Source: a virus
Taxonomy: Duplodnaviria; Caudoviricetes
IMG/VR virus record: IMGVR_UViG_3300017978_000280
Coordinates: 1-38,490 of that record
Reading direction: 5' to 3' (one strand)
Length of the DNA stretch: 38,490 nucleotides
This document shows, piece after piece, positions 28,252 to 35,638 of this stretch. The notes beneath the pieces are model-generated. The model saw only the letters and a program-made list of their open reading frames with translations, made no database searches and had not been told where the DNA came from. A program made the position numbers and the translations under genes. Numbering within the stretch: position 1 is the stretch's first letter; every line of letters starts with the position of its first letter.

Positions 28252-28402
28252 AGTCTTGCACTCGTTCAATATACGTTACGTTAACGCCTCGGCTCTCAAG
28301 CTGCGCCAGTGCATCAGCTTCAGATGTTGCGTTTAGATAGCAATCATCCCATGCGGTCGCATCGCTCCCAGAAATGTTATCTGCTTCATAATAATAGGTC
28401 AT
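28250..28402 (-). CDS. hypothetical protein, 50 aa
   Basis: AAGGGG SD before ATG 28402. Confidence 0.6.
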   Translation of the reverse strand: MTYYYEADNISGSDATAWDDCYLNATSEADALAQLESRGVNVTYIERVQD

Positions 28403-28418
28403 GTTATGCCCCTTGTGG

Positions 28419-28583
28419 TTATGTGAAACGCGCGATTTTGTCGCGCTGCTCTTCCAGAAACTCCAACATAGTTGAAAACTCTGCAAAGTCGGTCAAGGCA
28501 ATGTCGTGCGCTTGGCCGCTGTCGATTAGGTCGCACAGGTCGAAATAGACCTCTTGCAATGTCGTTTGGTCTTGGTCGGTCAT
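28419..28583 (-). CDS. hypothetical acidic protein, 54 aa
   Basis: AAGGAG SD before ATG 28583. Confidence 0.65.
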   Translation of the reverse strand: MTDQDQTTLQEVYFDLCDLIDSGQAHDIALTDFAEFSTMLEFLEEQRDKIARFT

Positions 28584-28584
28584 A

Positions 28585-28782
28585 TTATGCTCCTTGTGCT
28601 TTTGAGATAGCGCCTTTGATGATTGCGCGAATATAGTTGTAAACGTCCTCTTCGTCGCCTCGCGGTGCAAGGTATGCGTCGACGGCTTCCAGCGCAGCTA
28701 ATAGGTCAGGCGCTGCATCGCGCAACATTTTATCGCGCTGGCGGCGCTCCTGCGCGGCGGCTTCATAATCAAATGGTGGCAT
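28585..28782 (-). CDS. hypothetical protein (AAPDLLAALE motif)
   Basis: TGATG overlap; common small early-phage-protein motif. Confidence 0.65.
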   Translation of the reverse strand: MPPFDYEAAAQERRQRDKMLRDAAPDLLAALEAVDAYLAPRGDEEDVYNYIRAIIKGAISKAQGA

Positions 28783-29048
28783 CACGCGATCCAATCTGTT
28801 TCGGGCTGGTGGTGAGACGCTAGGGCGTCCCAATCCACACTGTTAAGGTCGAGCATATCCCAGATGAAACCGGAACCGATGCTGTCGTGTCCGATAAACT
28901 CCTCCACATATGCCTCCACAGTCTCGCGGCATGTCTCAGGCGTCACTTCGACGCCATCCTCAGTAAGATTGGCAAAGCTATCACCGAACCATAAGTTTAC
29001 TGTCCATGTGGCTGCGTTGCGCCAGCCGTTGCAAGTGTTGTCTGTCAT
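28782..29048 (-). CDS. hypothetical early protein (NGW.N..TW...LW, DUF7249-like)
   Basis: AGAGGGA SD; N-terminal motif and C-terminal VDW..LA..H. Confidence 0.7.
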   Translation of the reverse strand: MTDNTCNGWRNAATWTVNLWFGDSFANLTEDGVEVTPETCRETVEAYVEEFIGHDSIGSGFIWDMLDLNSVDWDALASHHQPETDWIA

Positions 29049-29116
29049 AATCTTTTATTCCCTCTAATTGGCACTAGCGCCATCCTCGCGGCGGGTTTCC
29101 CCGCCGTCCGGTGGTG

Positions 29117-29467
29117 TTAGACTGCCTCTCCCCATGATGCAGCGGCCTCTGTCCGAATATGGGGTGGCAGGCATTGCAGCTTACAGGCGATATTGAGGGC
29201 GATTACCATTGTGCCACAATCAGATCCGATGAATAGGGCCTTTTCGTAGGGCGTCATATCATCGCGGCCGATGATGTCATAAGATGACAGGCAGGCCTTA
29301 AAGGATGCCAACGCGCCTTGACGCGCCCTCTCATTAGGGGTGAGCATGGCAGACGTATCGTGCACCTCTGCCTGTTGAATTAGGGCTGTGCGGAATGTTT
29401 CATCATGGCACACTATCGACCGCTCGATGATGTCGCGGGCTGTTGGCTTGGCTGGTAATGCGTACAT
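29117..29467 (-). CDS. hypothetical protein, 116 aa
   Basis: GGGAG SD before ATG 29467. Confidence 0.65.
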   Translation of the reverse strand: MYALPAKPTARDIIERSIVCHDETFRTALIQQAEVHDTSAMLTPNERARQGALASFKACLSSYDIIGRDDMTPYEKALFIGSDCGTMVIALNIACKLQCLPPHIRTEAAASWGEAV

Positions 29468-29489
29468 ATTATTTACTCCCGTTGATTGA

Positions 29490-29759
29490 TTAAAAACTGT
29501 GCGTGCGGCCAGTGATGTCGGCAACCTTGCCGCAGTCAATGATATCGGGGACTGTGCCACCAGATATACGAACCTGCCGCCAGTCATATGCAATGCGCTT
29601 GTGCATCTCTGCCAAGGCCTCGTCCAACGTGTCATGCGAGACAGTGTTGAATCCATCCTTTTGAGTGCCGTATCGCTCTGTCGGCCATGCGACATATGAA
29701 AAGACTGTGACGCCAGTTCTGCGCTTGCTATGTGCGATGCGAATAGTCGGTGTGGTCAT
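29490..29759 (-). CDS. hypothetical protein
   Basis: GAGAGGGAGAG SD; 89 aa. Confidence 0.65.
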   Translation of the reverse strand: MTTPTIRIAHSKRRTGVTVFSYVAWPTERYGTQKDGFNTVSHDTLDEALAEMHKRIAYDWRQVRISGGTVPDIIDCGKVADITGRTHSF

Positions 29760-29761
29760 TA

Positions 29762-29875
29762 TTACTCTCCCTCTCTATCGTTATGGCTGGCAAACGACAC
29801 GCCAGCTAACATGCAAACAATCCATATCATCGCAAATGCGTTGAATGGGATATACTGTGATAAATCAAAAGCCAT
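29762..29875 (-). CDS. 37-aa single-TM peptide
   Basis: GAGGA SD; hydrophobic FAMIWIVCMLAGVSFA. Confidence 0.55.
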   Translation of the reverse strand: MAFDLSQYIPFNAFAMIWIVCMLAGVSFASHNDREGE

Positions 29876-29879
29876 TGGA

Positions 29880-30032
29880 TTAATCCTCAACCGATTCTGT
29901 CTCAACCTTAACAACCCATTCGTGATTGGAATGTGCCAAGGCGAAGGCGGCCTCATATGTATCGTAAAGAGTAGGCTCGATATAATCTTGCATCATCAAG
30001 CTATCGTGCCCGTGTATCTGATATTTTGTCAT
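29880..30032 (-). CDS. hypothetical protein, 50 aa; first gene of the leftward operon
   Basis: AGAGGGA SD; directly downstream of predicted promoter. Confidence 0.6.
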   Translation of the reverse strand: MTKYQIHGHDSLMMQDYIEPTLYDTYEAAFALAHSNHEWVVKVETESVED

Positions 30033-30063
30033 TTGTTCGTCCCTCTTTGTTGATGACGCATTA

Positions 30064-30093
30064 ACGATAGGAACATCCGGCCGGTCTAGTCAA
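30064..30093 (-). promoter_or_regulatory. sigma70-like promoter of the leftward (early) operon
   Basis: TTGACT-18 nt-TATCGT on the - strand. Confidence 0.5.
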
Positions 30094-30309
30094 TCGACTC
30101 AATTGAAAACAATTGTCAACAATCGAATCACATTCGGATGTGATTGCCTTGCCTATATATTATAAAGCAATCGGAACATGGTTCCGCTTTGACATGGTGA
30201 AGAGACACCGCCGCGCTTCGATTCTTGTGCGCCTTCGAACCCATTTGGTCGCTCACTAATACACTGTTACACCCTGAAACCCGCAGGATTGCGTGCCTTT
30301 TCTCATATA

Positions 30310-30436
30310 GGGGGGCAGGGGCACTTTCAAAATACCCCCCCCCCGCCCCCGCCTTGCGCGGGGGGTACGTACGTATAACTAAACAGACATCGAGGTGTGC
30401 CCCCCACCCCCCGTACTCCTTTGTTTTTGATCCCCC
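30310..30436. other. G/C homopolymer-run element, candidate packaging/terminus site
   Basis: G6CAG4, C10GC5, G6, TACGTACGTA palindrome and C6AC6 in non-coding DNA upstream of recombinase-terL. Confidence 0.45.
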
Positions 30437-30463
30437 AGCCAAAAAAATTCTGTACTTTTTTGC

Positions 30464-30493
30464 TTGCCAAACTGTAACAATAAAGTGTAACAG
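30464..30493 (+). promoter_or_regulatory. putative promoter of recombinase-terL overlapped by TGTAACA direct repeats
   Basis: TTGCCA...TG-TAACAG preceded by A/T tracts; TGTAACA twice. Confidence 0.4.
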
Positions 30494-30523
30494 CGGTGCA
30501 CAACAAAAAACGGGAGAAATACG

Positions 30524-31204
30524 TTGGCAGTTTATGGATACACACGCGTCTCGACTGAGGACCAGATCGAGAACACATCGCTCGATGACCAAGCACGCCA
30601 AATCCAAGGCATCGCGCTCACACACAATATGGAACTAGACCATATCTACGAAGAGCGGGGCGTCTCCGGCGGTGTCCCACTGCTGCGCCGAGAAGAAGGC
30701 TGCAAGCTGGCGTTCCTCCGGCCGGGCGATACTGTAATCGTATCGAAGCTAGACCGTATGTTCCGTGACGCACGGGACGCACTAAACGTGATTGCCGACT
30801 GGGAGAGCGCCAACATCAACCTAATCATCAACGGCTATGGCAATGTGATGGACAAGGCCAACCCGAACGGACGCTTCATGCTAGAGATCATGGCCGTCTT
30901 CTCCGGAGAGGAGCGCCGCCGTATCAGAGAACGTGTCACCGCCGGTAAGAGGGCCAAGAAGTCACAAGGTGGATACGTCGGTGGCAAAGTGCCGTTCGGC
31001 TTTAAGAAGTCAGGCACAGGCCGCAAGGCCAAGCTGCACCCAGAGCCAAACGCGCAGGACGCGCTAATTACAATGAAAGCCGCACGCGTTAAAGGCCATA
31101 GCTACCGCGATATTGCCATTATAGTCGCAAAGCGTCATGGTATCACGGTAAGTCACCAAACAATCGCACGTGTAATCAGGGGAGATAAGAATGACGAAAT
31201 CTGA
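30524..31204 (+). CDS. serine site-specific recombinase (resolvase/invertase family)
   Basis: YGYTRVST catalytic Ser motif, E.GVSG, GDTVIVSKLDRMFR, ER..IRER, GG.VPFGF, C-terminal HTH; TTG start. Confidence 0.9.
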   Translation: MAVYGYTRVSTEDQIENTSLDDQARQIQGIALTHNMELDHIYEERGVSGGVPLLRREEGCKLAFLRPGDTVIVSKLDRMFRDARDALNVIADWESANINLIINGYGNVMDKANPNGRFMLEIMAVFSGEERRRIRERVTAGKRAKKSQGGYVGGKVPFGFKKSGTGRKAKLHPEPNAQDALITMKAARVKGHSYRDIAIIVAKRHGITVSHQTIARVIRGDKNDEI

Positions 31205-32600
31205 GCCAAACTTCTTTTTGGAGTTCCTGAAGAAGTACCGCGATGATCCCGTCGGGTTCGTGCGCGATATTCTAAGGACTAAACCAGACCCGTGGCAAAT
31301 CGAGTTTCTGAAGGCGATTAGTTCTGGCGAACGCCGTATCTCCGTCCGCTCAGGCCACGGTGTCGGTAAGTCTACAGCCGCAAGCTGGGCCATGCTGCAT
31401 TACTTCCTGACGCGCTATCCGGTGAAGGTGGTTGTGACTGCGCCGACATCCGCACAGTTGTTCGATGCGATGTTCGCGGAACTGAAGCGATGGGTGAATG
31501 AACTGCCCGAAGTGCTGAAGACTTTGATCGAAGTCAAGGCCGACCGTATTGAGTTGAAGGCCGCAGCCAGTGAAGCGTTTATCTCAGCCAGAACGAGCCG
31601 CGCTGAAACGCCGGAAGCCTTGCAGGGTATCCACGCCGACAACGTGCTGCTCGTCGCCGACGAAGCGTCCGGTATCCCGGAGAGTGTGTACGAAGCCGCG
31701 TCCGGTTCTATGTCGGGCCACAACGCGACGACGCTTCTTCTCGGAAACCCTACGCGAAACAGCGGGTTGTTCTACGATACGCACAACCGGTTGAAGGGGG
31801 AATGGAAAACCTTCCATGTCAGTTGTCTCGACAGCCCACGCGTATCCGATGCGTTCGTTCGAGAGATGCAGCTACGGTACGGCGAAGACAGCCCGGCGTA
31901 CCACGTGCGTGTCCTCGGTAACTTCCCGCCTCGTGAAGAAGATACGGTTATCCCTGTCGAGTTGATTGACAGCGCCATGAACCGCGAAATCAAGATCGCC
32001 AAGCAGACGAAGAGTGTCTGGGGCCTCGACGTTGCGCGTATGGGTTCCGATGCTTCCGCACTCGCCAAGCGGCGCGGCCCAGTTGTTGAAGAGATACAGA
32101 CTTGGAAAGGTCTGGACCTGATGCAGCTAACCGGCGCAGTCGTGGCCGAGTATGAGGCGCTTGTCCCTTCGGAGCAGCCAGTCGAGATATTGGTCGATAG
32201 CATCGGATTGGGGGCTGGCGTTCTTGACCGTCTGCGCGAACTGGGCCTACCTGCGCGTGGGATCAACGTCGCGGAAAGTCCTGCGATGAAAGGGACTTAC
32301 GCCAACCTACGCGCCGAATTGTGGTTCAAGTGTAAGGGGTGGCTGGCGAACCGTGACGTAAAGATACCGAAGGACGAACAGTTGTTCGCCGAGTTGGCGT
32401 CACCGCGTTACACCTTTACCTCGTCGGGTAAGATGCAGGTGGAGAGTAAGGAAAGCATGAAGAAGCGCGGGCTTCCTTCGCCAGATAAGGCGGACGCCCT
32501 CTGCCTGTGTCTGGCCACAGATATATCGACGATCATGCACGGATACTCGATGGCCAACAAGTCAGGGGCCTTAAAGCGGAACATCAAGGGTGTTGTTTGA
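31191..32600 (+). CDS. terL: terminase large subunit
   Basis: PDPWQ, Walker A SGHGVGKS, VADEA, GNP, nuclease GLDVA..G.D, SPD.ADA. Confidence 0.95.
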   Translation: MTKSEPNFFLEFLKKYRDDPVGFVRDILRTKPDPWQIEFLKAISSGERRISVRSGHGVGKSTAASWAMLHYFLTRYPVKVVVTAPTSAQLFDAMFAELKRWVNELPEVLKTLIEVKADRIELKAAASEAFISARTSRAETPEALQGIHADNVLLVADEASGIPESVYEAASGSMSGHNATTLLLGNPTRNSGLFYDTHNRLKGEWKTFHVSCLDSPRVSDAFVREMQLRYGEDSPAYHVRVLGNFPPREEDTVIPVELIDSAMNREIKIAKQTKSVWGLDVARMGSDASALAKRRGPVVEEIQTWKGLDLMQLTGAVVAEYEALVPSEQPVEILVDSIGLGAGVLDRLRELGLPARGINVAESPAMKGTYANLRAELWFKCKGWLANRDVKIPKDEQLFAELASPRYTFTSSGKMQVESKESMKKRGLPSPDKADALCLCLATDISTIMHGYSMANKSGALKRNIKGVV

Positions 32601-32624
32601 CATAAGCGATTGATGTGTTATATT
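32597..32624 (+). promoter_or_regulatory. sigma70-type promoter for the ncRNA
   Basis: TTGACA-16 nt-TATATT with extended -10 TG. Confidence 0.7.
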
Positions 32625-32630
32625 TCTTTT

Positions 32631-32751
32631 GCCCGGCAGGTTCCTCCTCTCCCTCTCCCTGCCGGGCGACTAAGGATGTGCGCGGCTAGGCCGGTAATAG
32701 CGACAAGACGATGTGGCTCCTTCGTCTAGAACGCCGCCATCCTACTTTTTT
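32631..32751 (+). ncRNA. candidate sRNA: anti-SD (cuckoo-like) hairpin plus second structured domain and U tract
   Basis: Perfect 10-bp stem gcccggcagg/cctgccgggc with loop UUCCUCCUCUCCCUCUC; aggatg/catcct closing stem followed by T6; no credible + strand ORF. Confidence 0.7.
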
Positions 32752-32799
32752 GCTTTTCTGTAAATTATAGGTTATAGGCCCGTAACAGGGAGCGTATCC

Positions 32800-33222
32800 G
32801 TGGAAACAAAGACTTGTCCGAAATGTGGCGAAGAGAAGCCGACTGACAACTTCCACGCCCAAAGGCGTACATGTAAGAAGTGTATGCGTGCGTACCAACA
32901 AGCCTTCGCCGCCGCCCGCCCGCATTACCACCGCAACCGCAATCTCCTGCGCAGATACGGTATTAGTAACGATGAGTACCAAACAATCGTCGCCAATCAG
33001 AATTTTGCTTGCCCTATTTGCAAGGTAGAAATATCTGATACATTAGCGTATAGAGATAAACGATCAGTTGTCGTAGACCATAACCATGAGACGGGGGATG
33101 TTCGCGGCATACTATGTTCGGGGTGTAATTTAGTTCTTGGCCACGCGAGAGAGAGTACAGAAGTTCTTTACCGGGCCATTGTGTATTTGAGTGAACGCGG
33201 CGCATATACGCCAAAAAAGTAG
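32800..33222 (+). CDS. endonuclease VII-domain protein with N-terminal zinc ribbon
   Basis: KTCPKCGEEK...CKKC; CPIC...VDHNH.TG.VRGILC..CN..LG; GTG start after AGGGAG. Confidence 0.85.
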   Translation: METKTCPKCGEEKPTDNFHAQRRTCKKCMRAYQQAFAAARPHYHRNRNLLRRYGISNDEYQTIVANQNFACPICKVEISDTLAYRDKRSVVVDHNHETGDVRGILCSGCNLVLGHARESTEVLYRAIVYLSERGAYTPKK

Positions 33223-33296
33223 ATAACCTCAGTAGCGTTTTTTATGAGGATGCTGTATAGACTTGTTGCGTAGCCGTAATGCTAAGGAAATAGAAT

Positions 33297-33611
33297 ATGT
33301 CGAAAGTTTTTTTCCCCATTCAGTCAGTTCGGATTGACTCGTCAACAACGAGCAAGCGCGTAGCTCTCCCCGCCAACACAACGAACATTCGTATCTACAA
33401 CAGCACTTCGTCTATGGCGTGGGTTATTCTAGGTAATTCGTCTGTAACGGCGGCTATCCCTGCTGCGGACACCGCCAGTTCTGGCTTCCCGGTTGCCCCT
33501 AATACCGTTGAAAACTTTACCGAGACTGTCGATGGTGGCGCTACGCACGTCGCCGTTATCTTGCAGACTGGTACTGGCTTTGTAAATGTGACCTGCGGCG
33601 AGGGCTGGTAA
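33297..33611 (+). CDS. small beta-rich putative virion protein
   Basis: 104 aa, AAGGA SD; abuts the spike gene. Confidence 0.6.
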   Translation: MSKVFFPIQSVRIDSSTTSKRVALPANTTNIRIYNSTSSMAWVILGNSSVTAAIPAADTASSGFPVAPNTVENFTETVDGGATHVAVILQTGTGFVNVTCGEGW

Positions 33612-35360
33612 ATGCAGCGTCTGCGGACTCGTCTCCGCGCTGGGGCAACTGCTTTCCCGCCAGCGACTTTTGCGCTGAACTTTCTGACCGGCGCTCTAGA
33701 CTCAGGCGTCACGTTCACACGCGGCAGCAATGCCACGCTGGTGGATAGCACGGGCAAGATCACTTACGCTCCGGCGAATTTGGTTTTGCAGTCGCAGACG
33801 TTTGATAACGCGAGTTGGACAAAAGCAGCCGTCACAGTTACAGCCAATGCTACGGCGGCACCTGATGGAACCAGCACTGCGGACAAGCTGACCCCTGACG
33901 TAACGTCGGCTTCGCACTTTGCGGGGCAGACAGTCACCACAACAGCGGTGGCGCACACCTATTCTGCCTATCTCAAAGCTGATGGGTATTCATGGGCTAT
34001 TTTGTACGCATCAGGAGTAAACCAAGGTGTTTATTTTGACTTGGCAAATGGCGTTGTTGGTTCATCTTTTATAGGCGCGCCAACGTCTTCATCCATCACC
34101 CCAGTGGGAAATGGGTGGTATCTCTGCTCCATCACGTTCACTGCGACAACAGGCACAGCAGCCCGCGTTTATGCCAGCCCAGCAAATACAGTAAGTACAT
34201 TTGCAGGTGACGGCACATCCGGTCTGTTTCTTTGGGGCGCGCAAATCGAACCAGTAACCTACCAGACCGTCCCCGGCACATACAACGCCACGACCACAGC
34301 GGCCTATTACGGCCCGCGCTTTGATTACGACCCTGTAACGCTTGCGCCAAAGGGCTTGCTGATCGAAGAGCAGCGGACGAATTTGATATTGCGGTCACAG
34401 GAGTTTGATAACGCGAGTTGGTCAAAAAGCGGTTCGACGGTTACAGCCAATGCCACCACTTCACCTGACGGCACGGCTGACGCCGATAAGCTGGTTGAAA
34501 CTGCCACTACGGGCCAGCATCGTGCATCCCAAGCGGTCACCGTTACAAGCGGTGCAGCGTATACCTATTCCATTTACGCTAAGGCAGCAGAGCGCACTTC
34601 GATATGGGTCCGTATTATCGGCGCGGCTACTTTTGCAGGGTGCATCGTAGACCTAACCAATGGCGCAATTACCGGCACAACGGGAACTTCTACTGCTACG
34701 AATGTAGGTAACGGCTGGTATCGCATCACTGTTTCTGGCACATCCGACAGCACCACGGCCACCGTTTACGCCAACCTGATTGATGGCGCGGGCGCAAACA
34801 CATATACAGGCGACGGCGTTTCTGGCATCTACGCATACGGCGCACAACTCGAAGCCGGAGCATTCGCCACCAGCTACATCCCCACAGTTGCCAGCCAAGT
34901 AACGCGCAGCGCAGACGTTGCGACCATGACAGGCACGAACTTCTCTAGCTGGTATAACCAGACTGAGGGGACGTTTGTCACCAGCGTACAAGCCGTTAGC
35001 GGGCGGTTGCTCTCAGCCAACGATGGATCAACAGCCAATCGTATACTTGTTTTTAATAGGGTTAGCGAAACTTCAATTGGCGCGAATATCATAGTCGCAA
35101 CGGTGACCCAAGCGAGTTTGAGCAGGACGGTGGCGGACACATCGGCGGTTAATAGCGTTTCATTGGCGTACAAAGAAAATGACTTTGCGTTTTGCGCCAA
35201 TGGCGGCGTTGTGCAGACGGATGGCACGGGTACAGTCCCGACAGTATCTCAACTGGATATTGGTCGGGAATTCACGATTGCAGGTACGGGCCACATCCGA
35301 CAAATTGCATACTACAACACGCGGCTTCCAGACGCCACGTTGCAGGCACTCACAGCATGA
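33612..35360 (+). CDS. head-spike/fibre-like protein with tandem ~200-aa repeats
   Basis: TFTR.S.AT, PRFDYDP.T...GLLIEEQRTN, GAQLE.G.FATSYIPT, lectin-like C-terminus. Confidence 0.75.
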   Translation: MQRLRTRLRAGATAFPPATFALNFLTGALDSGVTFTRGSNATLVDSTGKITYAPANLVLQSQTFDNASWTKAAVTVTANATAAPDGTSTADKLTPDVTSASHFAGQTVTTTAVAHTYSAYLKADGYSWAILYASGVNQGVYFDLANGVVGSSFIGAPTSSSITPVGNGWYLCSITFTATTGTAARVYASPANTVSTFAGDGTSGLFLWGAQIEPVTYQTVPGTYNATTTAAYYGPRFDYDPVTLAPKGLLIEEQRTNLILRSQEFDNASWSKSGSTVTANATTSPDGTADADKLVETATTGQHRASQAVTVTSGAAYTYSIYAKAAERTSIWVRIIGAATFAGCIVDLTNGAITGTTGTSTATNVGNGWYRITVSGTSDSTTATVYANLIDGAGANTYTGDGVSGIYAYGAQLEAGAFATSYIPTVASQVTRSADVATMTGTNFSSWYNQTEGTFVTSVQAVSGRLLSANDGSTANRILVFNRVSETSIGANIIVATVTQASLSRTVADTSAVNSVSLAYKENDFAFCANGGVVQTDGTGTVPTVSQLDIGREFTIAGTGHIRQIAYYNTRLPDATLQALTA

Positions 35361-35638
35361 CCGACCTATATCTAAAAGCTACCATCGAAGACGACATGAA
35401 CGCCGCTTTGCTTGAGGCGGGCGTCATCGACGACGAGGGCAATCCAGTAAACGATTTCTTGGTTGACCAGATCGGCCCATTCACGAAAATCATTGGCTAT
35501 GACGAAGAGGGCGAGCCTATCGAGGAATATTATCCCGATTGGCACACCAACCTTCGCGGCGATTTTGACGAAGACCAGTTGGCTTTGCTGACGCCACTCA
35601 GTGTTGAGCCGCCCGTTCCCTATAGGGTGTGGGCGTGA
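35357..35638 (+). CDS. putative fibre assembly chaperone
   Basis: MTDLYLK...WH.NLR...P.VPYRVWA pattern; ATGA overlap with fibre. Confidence 0.6.
   Translation: MTDLYLKATIEDDMNAALLEAGVIDDEGNPVNDFLVDQIGPFTKIIGYDEEGEPIEEYYPDWHTNLRGDFDEDQLALLTPLSVEPPVPYRVWA

Noticed and set aside
30128-30638. ORFs 30128-30625 (-) and 30225-30638 (+) across the G/C element
   Set aside because: Composition is dictated by homopolymer runs, they overlap the recombinase, and no SD is evident; the region looks regulatory.
32673-32743. tRNA gene
   Set aside because: Has a D-arm-like hairpin but no T-arm with a TTC loop, no 7-nt anticodon loop and no proper acceptor stem.
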